This document shows positions 41,546 through 50,760 of a DNA stretch of 64,000 nt, one piece after another (positions within the stretch are counted from its first letter, which is position 1; each line of letters starts with the position of its first letter). The stretch lies in the NCBI GenBank assembly GCA_963771175.1, contig CAVYSY010000033.1, positions 522,293-586,292 of the forward strand, written 5' to 3'. The stretch is from an uncultured delta proteobacterium (lineage in GTDB: Bacteria > Myxococcota > Myxococcia > Myxococcales > Myxococcaceae). The translations under genes and the position numbers were made by a program. The notes under the pieces were generated by a model that saw only the letters and a program-made list of their open reading frames with translations, was not told the DNA's origin and ran no database searches.

Positions 41546-43126
41546 ATGTCGGAGGCTCCTCCACTCGAGCGACTCGTCACCGCGCTCCGCGACCCACGTC
41601 GCTACGCCCATCCCGTCGACCGCGTCGAGGTGCTCGAGACGCATATCTCTCTCGTTCTGCTGGCCGGCGAGCATGCGTACAAGCTGAAGAAGCCACTCGA
41701 CCTCGGCTTCCTCGACTTCAGCACGCTCGAGAAGCGCCGGGTGGCCTGTGAGGCGGAGCTCCTGCTCAACCGCCGCACCGCGCCGATGCTCTACATCGAT
41801 GTCATCCCCATCGGTGGTACGCACGACGACCCGCTCCTCGGCGCGGAGCCCGCGATCGAATACGCGGTGAAGATGTGGCGCTTCGAACAGGACAACCTGC
41901 TCGACCGGGTGGCGGCGCGCGGGGCCTTGACCCCCGCGCACCTCGAGGCGCTCGCGTCCGATCTCGCCGGGTTCCATGCGAGGGCCCCCTTCGCGGAGGG
42001 CCCCCTGCCCTACGGCCACCCCGAGCAGCTCTTCGCTCTCGCGGAGCAGAACTTCTCGCAGCTCGAGGAGTTGGTCGAGGCGGTGCACGAGCGCGAGGCC
42101 CTCGAGCGCCTGCGCCACTGGACCGAACGGACGTACGCGCGATTGCACGAGACCTTCGCGGCACGGCGCGCGGCCGGGCGCGTGCGCGAGTGCCACGGGG
42201 ACCTGCACCTCGGCAACCTCGTGCTGGTGGAGGGACGGGCCGTCGCGTTCGACTGCATCGAGTTCAACGCGGACCTGCGCTGGAGCGACGTGATGAGCGA
42301 GATCGCCTTCCTGGTCATGGACCTCCTCGACCACGGCCATCACGCGCTCGCGCACCGGTTCCTCGACGCATACCTCGCCGCGACCGGCGACTACGAAGGG
42401 CTCGCCGTGCTGCCCTTCTACCTCGTGTATCGCGCCATGGTGCGGGCCAAGATCGCCTGCATCCGCGAGCACCAGCCAGGACTCGACCCGCACGGCCGCA
42501 CGCGCGCCGACGCGGAGTATCACGACTACCTGCGCCTCGCGGAGACGTCGAGCGCGCCAGGCCGCCCCGGGCTCGTCCTCATGCACGGGGTGTCGGCGTC
42601 GGGGAAGAGCTTCACGGCGCTGCGGCTCGTCGAGCGTGCCGGCGCCATCCGCGTGCGCTCGGACCTCGAGCGCAAGCGGCTCCACGGTCTGGAGTGGAAT
42701 GCATCCACGGGAAGCGCGCTCGAAGCGGGCCTGTATGGTCGTGAGGTGAGCCGCCGCACCTATGAGCGCCTCGCCGAGCTCGCGGGAGCGATTCTCGATG
42801 CGGGCTATCTCGCGGTGATCGACGCCACGTTCCTGCGCCGGGACCAACGTGAGCTGTTCAGGCGCATCGCCGCCAGCCGGCGGGTGCCTTTCGCGATCGT
42901 CTCGTGCACGGCGGAGGAGGCGACGCTGCGCCGGCGGCTCGAAACGCGGAGCACCTCGAGGGCCGATCCTTCCGAGGCCACGCTCGCCGTGCTCGAGCAT
43001 CAGCTCGTCACCCAGGAGCCCCTCACGGATGCCGAGCAGCCCGAGACGCTCGTCGTCGACACGACCACCTCGGACGAGCAGCTCGACAGGAGCCTGGCCG
43101 CTCTCGCGGCGAAGCTCGGTCGATGA
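41546..43126 (+). CDS. Bifunctional aminoglycoside-phosphotransferase-like kinase / AAA_33 P-loop protein
   Basis: ETHISLV, ECHGDLHLGN, FDCIEFN; HGVSASGKS, RSDLERK, DATF. Confidence 0.9.
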   Translation: MSEAPPLERLVTALRDPRRYAHPVDRVEVLETHISLVLLAGEHAYKLKKPLDLGFLDFSTLEKRRVACEAELLLNRRTAPMLYIDVIPIGGTHDDPLLGAEPAIEYAVKMWRFEQDNLLDRVAARGALTPAHLEALASDLAGFHARAPFAEGPLPYGHPEQLFALAEQNFSQLEELVEAVHEREALERLRHWTERTYARLHETFAARRAAGRVRECHGDLHLGNLVLVEGRAVAFDCIEFNADLRWSDVMSEIAFLVMDLLDHGHHALAHRFLDAYLAATGDYEGLAVLPFYLVYRAMVRAKIACIREHQPGLDPHGRTRADAEYHDYLRLAETSSAPGRPGLVLMHGVSASGKSFTALRLVERAGAIRVRSDLERKRLHGLEWNASTGSALEAGLYGREVSRRTYERLAELAGAILDAGYLAVIDATFLRRDQRELFRRIAASRRVPFAIVSCTAEEATLRRRLETRSTSRADPSEATLAVLEHQLVTQEPLTDAEQPETLVVDTTTSDEQLDRSLAALAAKLGR

Positions 43127-43166
43127 AAAAGAAAAGGGCCCCTGGTTCCGAAGAACCTGGGGCCCT
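43126..43166 (-). terminator. Rho-independent terminator
   Basis: Stem 43135-43148 / 43153-43166, UUCG loop on - strand, followed by a U tract. Confidence 0.85.
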
Positions 43167-43211
43167 CCTCCGCACGCGCATGAGGGAGCTGCTGGCGGAG
43201 CGAACAGGGCG

Positions 43212-43880
43212 TTACTGCGCGCTGGCCTCGGCGGCGATGGCCTGCGAGGCGGCGGCCTTGGCCTCCTCGGACGTCTTCAGCCCGGCGGCCTTGGCCGCCT
43301 CGGCCTTGGCGAGCGCCTCCTGCTTCTTGCCGCTCTCGGCCTTGGCCTTCTCGGCAGCCTTCCTCGCGGCCTCGGCCTTCTTCTGAGCGGCCTTGGCGGC
43401 GGCCTCGGCCTTCTTCTTCTTGCCCGCGTCGGTCTCGGCGCCAGCATCGGTGGACAGCTTCGCGGCGTTGGCCTCGGACTCAGCGGCCTTCGCCTCCGTC
43501 TCGTCGGCCTTCTTCTTCGCGGACTCGGCGAGCTTCGCCGCCTTCGCCGCGTCGGCCTCGGCCTTCTTCGAGGCGCGCTCGGCGGCCTGGGCGGCCTTCT
43601 TCGCGGCCTGGGCGGCCTTCTTCGCGTCCTGCTTCGACAGCGCCGTGGCCTTCATCTCCTCGCCCTTGGCCTTGTCGCCGGCGGGAGCCTCGGCCTTCTT
43701 CTCCTCTGCCTTGGCCTTGTCGCCGGCGGGAGCCTCGGCCTTCTTCTCCTCTGCCTTGCCCTGGGCGTGGGCGGGAGCCTCGGCCTTCTTCTCCTCTGCC
43801 TTGCCCTGGGCGTGGGCGGCGTGCGCGGTGCCGAGCGTCAGAGCGAGCGTCATCAGGCCAATGCTGCGAGAAATCCGCAT
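43212..43880 (-). CDS. Secreted Ala/Lys/Glu-rich low-complexity protein
   Basis: Signal peptide ending AHA; helical AK-rich body; strong terminator downstream. Confidence 0.75.
   Translation of the reverse strand: MRISRSIGLMTLALTLGTAHAAHAQGKAEEKKAEAPAHAQGKAEEKKAEAPAGDKAKAEEKKAEAPAGDKAKGEEMKATALSKQDAKKAAQAAKKAAQAAERASKKAEADAAKAAKLAESAKKKADETEAKAAESEANAAKLSTDAGAETDAGKKKKAEAAAKAAQKKAEAARKAAEKAKAESGKKQEALAKAEAAKAAGLKTSEEAKAAASQAIAAEASAQ
43664..43818 (-). repeat. 45-bp tandem coding repeat (~3.5 units, ...KAEEKKAEAPA)
   Basis: GCGGGAGCCTCGGCCTTCTTCTCCTCTGCCTTG recurs at 43681, 43726, 43771. Confidence 0.85.
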
Positions 43881-44145
43881 GTATCGTCTCCTCAGATAAG
43901 GGCGGGGTGCGGCTGTCCGGGTCTCGGAGCGGCCCCCAAACCAAGTGCCCAGAATATACGAAGCAACCAGAAGAGAAAGTTACCAGGTGGTTGCTCGTGG
44001 AGCAGGCAGGCCCTGAAGGGCGTTTGGTGTTTTTTTGATTTGAATCCAAAGGTTCTGGCGCATGGAGAGGGGCGGTGCATGGCGAGGAGCCCTTGGACTT
44101 GAGCTCGCCGTGGGCGTACCAGCGCCAGAGGGCGGCGACAGGCGC

Positions 44146-44640
44146 CTACGGCTTGTCGACGCGATCGGCGAAACGTTCGAGCAATGAGGTGAGCACGGCG
44201 ACCTCGGTGGCATCCCAGCCCTCGAGGAGACGGGCGATCATCTTGTCACCCTGTTCGAAGAGGCGCTCGGCCACGGCGACGCCCTCCACGGTCAGCACGA
44301 TCATCGAGGCCCGCGCATCCTGGGGATCCGCCACACGATGCACCAGACCGCCATCGACCAGCCGCGCGACGGTCCTGCTCACGGTCGGCGGCGACACCCG
44401 CAGCTTCTGGGCGAGCAGGCTCGGGCGCACCGGCCCGCTCTGGCCCAGGGTGAACAGAACAGACACGTCGGCCGGGTCGATGGTGAGGCCGGCATCCGAT
44501 GCCACGGCGGCCTGGGTGGCGAGGGAGGTCCAGTGGGTGACGACGCGCACCAGCGACGTCAGCAGCGGGGAGTCGAAGGGCCGCACCCTCCCGGCCTTCA
44601 CCCGCTTGGACGGGGCTATCGGATCGACTCGTCGCGCCAT
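44146..44640 (-). CDS. MarR-family transcriptional regulator
   Basis: LAQKLRVSPPTVSRTVARLVDGGLVHRVADPQDAR winged HTH. Confidence 0.92.
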   Translation of the reverse strand: MARRVDPIAPSKRVKAGRVRPFDSPLLTSLVRVVTHWTSLATQAAVASDAGLTIDPADVSVLFTLGQSGPVRPSLLAQKLRVSPPTVSRTVARLVDGGLVHRVADPQDARASMIVLTVEGVAVAERLFEQGDKMIARLLEGWDATEVAVLTSLLERFADRVDKP

Positions 44641-44694
44641 CTCCAGTCTCCTTTCACGGCTCGTCGTCGAGGACAGGCAGAATACATCCCCTAG

Positions 44695-44715
44695 ATACTT
44701 TCATGATGGAAGTAT
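44695..44715. promoter_or_regulatory. Imperfect palindrome, candidate MarR operator
   Basis: ATACTTTCATGATGGAAGTAT in AT-rich divergent spacer. Confidence 0.55.
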
Positions 44716-44776
44716 ATTCTCCCTGTCAACGCAGCCCGGAAACCCCGTGGTCTGTGTGGCTCAAGCCCGGGAGACG

Positions 44777-45988
44777 ATGATGACGACCCCCAGAACGCAG
44801 CCCACCCCGGACGCCCTCTCCCCTGCCCAGCTCGGCCCGGTGACCCTGCGAAACCGCGTCATCAAGTCGGCCACCTTCGAGGGCAAGGCACCGGGCGCTC
44901 TCGTCAGCGACGAGCTCATCGACTTCCACGTCGCCGTCGGCGAGGGCGGCGTCGGCATGACGACCGTCGCGTACTGCGCCGTCGCGCCCGAGGGCCGTAC
45001 CGAGCTCAACCAGATCTACTGGCGGCCTGAAGCATTGCCCGGCCTGCGGAAGCTGACGGATGCCGTGCACAAGACCGGCGCGAAGGTCTCGGCCCAGATC
45101 GGCCACGCCGGCCCCGTCGCCAACGCGGCCTCGACGAAGATGACCGCGCTCTCGCCCACCCGCATGTTCAGCCCCCAGGCGATGGCCTTCGTCAAGGCCG
45201 CCGACGAGGACGACATCAAGCGCATCATCGCCGCGCACGCCGATGCGGCCTGGCACGCCCACGAGGTTGGCTTCGACGCGGTCGAGGTGCACTTCGGCCA
45301 CAACTACCTCCTGAGCTCATTCCTCAGCCCCGCGATCAACCGCCGCACCGACTCGTGGGGCGGCAGCCTCGAGAACCGGGCACGCTTCGCACGTCTCATC
45401 GCGGAGGCCATCCGGGAACGGGTCGGGAACAAGCTCGCGGTGCTTGCCAAGGTGAACATGGACGACGGCGTCGAGGGCGGTTTCACGACGAACGAGTCGC
45501 TCCCCTTCGCGAAGATGCTCGAGGCCGACGGTCACCTCGACGCCCTCGAACTGACCGGCGGCTCATCCCTGAAGAACCCGATGTACCTCTTCAGAGGCGA
45601 CGTGCCGATCAAGGAGATGGCCGACAGCCAGGGTCCGCTGCTCAACCTGGGCCTGCGGGTCTTCGGCGGGTTCCTCTTCAAGAGCTACCCCTACGAGCGC
45701 ACCTACTTCCTCGAGCTGGCGCGCCAGTTCCGCGCCGAGCTCCACATGCCACTCATCCTGCTCGGCGGCATCACCGATGCGGCCGCGATGGACACCGCGA
45801 TGAGCGAGGGCTTCGAGTTCGTCGCCATGGGCCGTGCCCTGCTGCGCGAACCCGATCTGATCAACAAGATCAGGGCCGACCGCGGCACCCAGTCGAAGTG
45901 CACCCACTGCAACCGCTGCGTCGCCACCATCTTCAGCGGAACCCACTGCCCCCTCATCCAGGAGGAGGCCCAGGCTCCCGCGCGGTAG
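44777..45988 (+). CDS. NADH:flavin oxidoreductase (Old Yellow Enzyme family)
   Basis: LRNRVIKSATFE, QIGHAG, GFDAVEVHFGHNYLLSSFLSP, CTHCNRC. Confidence 0.92.
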   Translation: MMTTPRTQPTPDALSPAQLGPVTLRNRVIKSATFEGKAPGALVSDELIDFHVAVGEGGVGMTTVAYCAVAPEGRTELNQIYWRPEALPGLRKLTDAVHKTGAKVSAQIGHAGPVANAASTKMTALSPTRMFSPQAMAFVKAADEDDIKRIIAAHADAAWHAHEVGFDAVEVHFGHNYLLSSFLSPAINRRTDSWGGSLENRARFARLIAEAIRERVGNKLAVLAKVNMDDGVEGGFTTNESLPFAKMLEADGHLDALELTGGSSLKNPMYLFRGDVPIKEMADSQGPLLNLGLRVFGGFLFKSYPYERTYFLELARQFRAELHMPLILLGGITDAAAMDTAMSEGFEFVAMGRALLREPDLINKIRADRGTQSKCTHCNRCVATIFSGTHCPLIQEEAQAPAR

Positions 45989-46038
45989 CAGTCGGATGTG
46001 GCTGACGATGTGACGGCTGACCCAGAAACGAGGAACCC

Positions 46039-46989
46039 ATGGCCCCCTGGAGCGAAAAAGACATCCCCGATCTCACCGGCAAGCGCGCGCTCGTCACCGG
46101 TGGCGCCAGCGGCATCGGGTACGAGGCTGCCCGGGCACTGGCCCAGGCGGGCGCCGAAGTGCTCATCGCGGATCGCAACGAAGTCGCGGCCCGGGAAGCC
46201 CTGCAGAAGATCCGGGCCCTGAAGGCCGATGCGCGGGTCGATTTCCTGCCGTTGGATCTGAGCAGTCAGAATGCGGTGAAGACCTTCTCCGCCAGTCTTC
46301 TGGCCGAGGGAAAACCGCTGGACCTGCTGATCAACAACGCCGGAATCCAGCCCTTGAGCACCCGCCGCACTTCCGCCGACGGCTACGAGCTGACCTTCGG
46401 CATCGGCCACCTCGGCCACTTCACGTTGACCGGACTCTTGCTGCCCCTGCTCCTGGCGGCGCCAAGGCCCCGTGTCGTCACCGTGTCGAGCATGATGCAC
46501 GCCCAGGGCTCTTTCGATTGGGATGACCTGCAGATGGAGCGTGGCTACACGTCGCAGCGCCCCTACAACCAGACCAAGCTCGCCAACCTGCTGTTTGCCC
46601 GGGAGCTGCAGCGCAGGGTCGACGCCGCAGGCAAGAAGCTGCTCAGCGTCGCGGTGCATCCGGGCGTGGCGAAAACGAACATCGGCACCAATCGCCGCAA
46701 CCTCGGGCGCTTTGGTTTGATGGATCATCTCGTCGACACAATGATTTCCATCATGAACACGCTCTGGGGTCAGTCCGCCCAGGGCGGCGCCCTCCCCACG
46801 CTCTACGCCGCCACAACACCCGACGTGCAGGGCGGAGGGTTCTATGGACCCGACGGGTTCCGCGAAATGAAGGGCTCGCCTGCGCCAGCGAAGCTCAAGG
46901 CCTCCGCCCAGGACATGGACGTCGCCAAACGCCTCTGGGAAGTCTCCGAAGAGCTCACGGGCATTCGTTACGAGGCCCTTTCTCGGTAG
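46039..46989 (+). CDS. Short-chain dehydrogenase/reductase
   Basis: TGGASGIG, NNAG, VSS, YNQTK, HPG. Confidence 0.93.
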   Translation: MAPWSEKDIPDLTGKRALVTGGASGIGYEAARALAQAGAEVLIADRNEVAAREALQKIRALKADARVDFLPLDLSSQNAVKTFSASLLAEGKPLDLLINNAGIQPLSTRRTSADGYELTFGIGHLGHFTLTGLLLPLLLAAPRPRVVTVSSMMHAQGSFDWDDLQMERGYTSQRPYNQTKLANLLFARELQRRVDAAGKKLLSVAVHPGVAKTNIGTNRRNLGRFGLMDHLVDTMISIMNTLWGQSAQGGALPTLYAATTPDVQGGGFYGPDGFREMKGSPAPAKLKASAQDMDVAKRLWEVSEELTGIRYEALSR

Positions 46990-47430
46990 CATCAGCATGC
47001 CAACGACTCTCTTTTCTTCCAAGACTTTGGCAATCTCTCTTCTTCCAAGGCTCTGGTAATAATACGGGGTGGTGCTGGAGAGGCTCGGAATCGGGACGAC
47101 CGGGTTCGAGTCTGGGGTTGACGGAGTAAGCAGCGTTGTGGCCGGGCCCAGCTTGCCTGTCTTCGTCATACTTCGTAATATCATCATCTTACTTTGTAAT
47201 ACTTTAGGACCAAACATCTGACCCGGGGTCAATCCATACACAGACCCCGTGGAATCTGTCGCAAGACAAGACACCCCGCTGAGGCGCGGTGACTTCGTCT
47301 GGAATCAACGGGTTGGGCGGAGTGGATGTAAAGCCTGGGTACATTCAGGGCCGGGCGGGATGTGACATCCCTGCTCCAGTGCGAACGCCGGGAAGGTGAA
47401 CGAGGGCAGGAATTCCAACGCTTTATAGGT

Positions 47431-47446
47431 TGGCCTGTTTCCTGCT
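47431..47446 (+). promoter_or_regulatory. Candidate sigma-54 promoter
   Basis: TGGCCTGTTTCCTGCT with GG-N10-GC spacing, ~60 bp before the M4 protease start. Confidence 0.45.
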
Positions 47447-47507
47447 TCACATCCCGGCATCCAACGGCACATCGCCGTCGGTCGGACAGGAAGGTATTCC
47501 CCCCGTG

Positions 47508-49403
47508 ATGCGTACTCGTTTCCTTACTGCTGCGTTGTTCGCCCTTCCCCTCGCCGCGTGCGAGGTCGACAACTCCCAACTCCCCGAGGGTGCCCAGAAG
47601 TTCGAGGACGCCGACTCGCTCGGTGACGTGCAGGCCGCGCTCGCGGCGCTGCCCTCCGCCGAGATTGCTGGCGCGGACTCGAAGGACTTCCCCTTCATGA
47701 TCCGCGGCAACCTCGGCACCGTCAGCGGCTCCGTGAAGGGCCTCGCGGCCGGTGACGCGCACGGTGGCGTGAGCCAGGCGCTGCCCGGCATCGCCGCCGT
47801 GTTCCGCCTGCAGGCCTCCGACCTGGTGGCCAAGCGCTCCAAGGTGGACGAGCAGGGCATCACCCACATCCGCTATGGCCAGACGAAGAACGGCCTGCCG
47901 GTGGTGAACGAGGAACTCATCGTCCACGTGGCCGCCGACGGAGTCATCACCGCCGCCAACGGTACGGCGCGCGACGGGGAGCTCGTCCCCGCCAAGGCGA
48001 CCATCTCCGCCGAGGCCGCCGTCGTCGCCGCGCTGAACGGCACCTCGGGCCGTCACCTCGCGTCCGAGGGGACCCGCCTGGTGTACATCCGCTCCAGCCA
48101 GGACAACCGGCTGAAGCTGGCCTACGAGGTGACGGTGACGGGCGAGGGTGAGGACATGCCCATCCGCGATCTCGTCTACGTGAGCGCGCTGAACGGCTCG
48201 CTGCTGGAGCGCAACTCGAAGATCCACACCGCACTCAACCGCAAGGTGTACAGCGCCAACAACGGCTCCTCCACTCCGGGTACGCTCAAGCGCTCCGAGG
48301 GCGGCGCGGCCACGGGCGACGCCCACGTCGACGGCAACTACGACAAGCTGGGTGGCACGTACAACTGCTACAAGAACAACTTCGGCCGCGACTCGTTCGA
48401 CAACGCGGGCGCCACGCTCATCAGCACGGTGCACTACAGCAGCAACTACGTGAACGCCTACTGGGACGGCACCCAGATGGTGTACGGCGATGGCGACGGC
48501 GTGAACTCGGGCATGCTCGGTCTGTCCGCGGACGTGACCACGCACGAGCTCACCCACGCGGTGACGGAGCGCGAGTCCAACCTCACCTACTCGGGTGAGT
48601 CCGGCGGCCTCAACGAGGCGATGAGCGACATCTTCGGCGCCTACTGCGAGAGCTACGCCTCGGGCACCTGGGCCACCACCAACGCGGTGTTCATGGTCGG
48701 CGACGACATCTGGACCCCGGCCACCTCGGGTGACGCGCTCCGCTACATGTACGACCCGGCCGCGGACGGCAGCTCGCTCGACTACTGGACGAGCAGCAGC
48801 GGCAGCTCTGACGTGCACTACAGCTCGGGCATCGCCAACCTGGCCTTCACCCTGCTGTCCAAGGGTGGCACGCACCCGCGCGGCAAGAGCACCATCAGCG
48901 TGACGGGCATCGGCGTGGCGAAGGCCGGCGCCGTCTTCTACAAGGCCAACACGGACTACATGACGGCCTCCACCACCTTCGCCCAGGCGAAGACGTACTC
49001 CGAGCAGGCCGCGACGGCCCTCGGCTACACCACGGCGGAAGTCGCGTCCGTGACGGCGGCCTGGCAGGCGGTGGGCGTGGGCGTCGTGGTGGCCTCCACC
49101 CCGCTGACCAATGGTGTGGCGAAGACGGGCCTGTCGGGTGCCTCGAGCTCCGTGGCCTACTACTACCTGGACGTGCCGGCCAGCAAGGCGTCCACGTTCA
49201 CCATCAGCGGCGGCACGGGTGACGCGGACCTGTACGTGAAGGCGGGTTCCCAGCCGACCACGTCCTCGTACGACTGCCGTCCGTACAAGTCCGGCAACGC
49301 CGAGACGTGCAGCATCGCCGCGAAGACCGCGGCCACTCGCATCCACGTGATGCTGCGCGGCTACAGCACGTACTCCGGCGTCTCGCTCAAGGGCTCCTAC
49401 TGA
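47508..49403 (+). CDS. M4 family metalloprotease lipoprotein with one PPC domain (paralogue of 958-3171)
   Basis: Lipobox LAAC; HELTH, GGLNEAMSD, VHYSSGI; DADLYVK PPC. Confidence 0.93.
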   Translation: MRTRFLTAALFALPLAACEVDNSQLPEGAQKFEDADSLGDVQAALAALPSAEIAGADSKDFPFMIRGNLGTVSGSVKGLAAGDAHGGVSQALPGIAAVFRLQASDLVAKRSKVDEQGITHIRYGQTKNGLPVVNEELIVHVAADGVITAANGTARDGELVPAKATISAEAAVVAALNGTSGRHLASEGTRLVYIRSSQDNRLKLAYEVTVTGEGEDMPIRDLVYVSALNGSLLERNSKIHTALNRKVYSANNGSSTPGTLKRSEGGAATGDAHVDGNYDKLGGTYNCYKNNFGRDSFDNAGATLISTVHYSSNYVNAYWDGTQMVYGDGDGVNSGMLGLSADVTTHELTHAVTERESNLTYSGESGGLNEAMSDIFGAYCESYASGTWATTNAVFMVGDDIWTPATSGDALRYMYDPAADGSSLDYWTSSSGSSDVHYSSGIANLAFTLLSKGGTHPRGKSTISVTGIGVAKAGAVFYKANTDYMTASTTFAQAKTYSEQAATALGYTTAEVASVTAAWQAVGVGVVVASTPLTNGVAKTGLSGASSSVAYYYLDVPASKASTFTISGGTGDADLYVKAGSQPTTSSYDCRPYKSGNAETCSIAAKTAATRIHVMLRGYSTYSGVSLKGSY

Positions 49404-49439
49404 GCGCGCTGACGTCGAACTCGCCCTGAGCTGAGCGGA

Positions 49440-49466
49440 CCCCTGGGAGGCAATGCCTCCCGGGGG
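49440..49466. terminator. GC hairpin between convergent genes
   Basis: CCCCTGGGAGGC-AAT-GCCTCCCGGGGG. Confidence 0.55.
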
Positions 49467-49475
49467 CTTCGTTCC

Positions 49476-50552
49476 CTACGACTGCCAGTGGTGGAACTCC
49501 TGCTTCAGATAGACGTTGCGGCAGAAGCGTCCCGTGCGGACCACGGACCTGCCCCACTCCTCGAGGCACGAGGGCAGCATCGCCGTGAGGGACTCCAGCT
49601 CGCGCAGGTGCACGCCCGAGCGCCTCGCGGCCTCGAACTCCGCCTCGGCCTCGCTCATCCCCAGCCGCATCAACAGGGTGAGCGCGTTGCTCTTCCCCTC
49701 GCGCGACTCCCGGTCGAAGCTGCGGATGTCGTTCGTCCAGCGCACCAACAGCCCCAGCTCGCGCAGGATGTCCTCGATCAGCGGATCCTCCGAGAGCTCG
49801 TGCTCGACCTCGGGGGCGAGCACCACGAGCACGGCCGCGGCCCACATGGGCAGGGAGATGGTCCACTGCCCCGCCTGGAGGTAGTCCTCGAAGTCCGGCA
49901 GCATCCGCTGGCTCTGGAACAGGCGCTTGGTGCACAGCTCCACCTGATGGCCCGCGCACATCCGCCGGAAGTGCTCCCGCCAGAGCCAGCCGAAGCGCAG
50001 CGCGCCCGGAGCGGCCATCAGTTCCAGCGTCAGCTCCCTCAGGGCAGCCCCGATGCACTCCGCCTCGCCGCGCGCCGCCTCCCAGCGCTCGGTGTCAGGT
50101 GACTCCACCGTCAGCAGGTAGCGGTCCATCATCCACAGGCGCTCGTCCTCCGTGAGCTCACCCAACTCCCCATCCGCGATGTCGTCGATGGCGAAGGTGA
50201 GGAGACCCACCTTGGTGAGCAGCACGTTCTGCGCGAGGGTCGACCCCGGAATGGCGGCGACCGCCCCCGTCAGCGCGGTGGACTGCACCCGCGAGGTCGC
50301 GATGGCCGGAAACCGCTCACACCACTCCGCCAGCTCGGGCATCAGCCTGTTGCACAGCTCGAAGACCCGCGCCTGCGAGGCCTGGGGGAAGAGCTTGAAC
50401 TCCTCGGCGGAATATTCGTTCTTCAGCGTCCGCGTGACCTCGAAGTGTTTGCCACGAACTCCCACGTCCGTGGGACCCGTGGACGCCACGCCCAGCGCGC
50501 TCATCGTCTCGTCAACGCTGAGGCGGGAGCGAGGCACGAAGGAACTGGTCAT
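49476..50552 (-). CDS. Class I terpene synthase/cyclase family protein
   Basis: Asp-rich IDDIAD and NSE motif NDIRSFDRE, GKSNAL. Confidence 0.8.
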   Translation of the reverse strand: MTSSFVPRSRLSVDETMSALGVASTGPTDVGVRGKHFEVTRTLKNEYSAEEFKLFPQASQARVFELCNRLMPELAEWCERFPAIATSRVQSTALTGAVAAIPGSTLAQNVLLTKVGLLTFAIDDIADGELGELTEDERLWMMDRYLLTVESPDTERWEAARGEAECIGAALRELTLELMAAPGALRFGWLWREHFRRMCAGHQVELCTKRLFQSQRMLPDFEDYLQAGQWTISLPMWAAAVLVVLAPEVEHELSEDPLIEDILRELGLLVRWTNDIRSFDRESREGKSNALTLLMRLGMSEAEAEFEAARRSGVHLRELESLTAMLPSCLEEWGRSVVRTGRFCRNVYLKQEFHHWQS

Positions 50553-50760
50553 CTCGAACCCTCTCGGGGGTGTGGTTTCAGACTCACCCTGTGACCCCTG
50601 CTCTCACATTTCCCTCCCCAGTGCCAGAGGACTTTTACGGCACTGCGGGAAATGAAACCCCATCTACCTGACTGGATGGGTTGACTGCCCCCGGCCCCCA
50701 TGACACTCCCGGCACGCACTGCGGGTGGGCTGGATTGGGCGCACCGTAAGGAGGGTACGG

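Noticed and set aside
43664..43818. Regular repeats as a possible CRISPR array
   Set aside because: In-frame coding tandem repeats without unique spacers; no cas genes
47095..47120. GGTTCGAGTC resembling a tRNA T-loop
   Set aside because: No paired T-stem, acceptor stem or cloverleaf around it
50610..50627. TGGCAC on - strand upstream of the terpene cyclase as a sigma-54 promoter
   Set aside because: No GC at the -12 position
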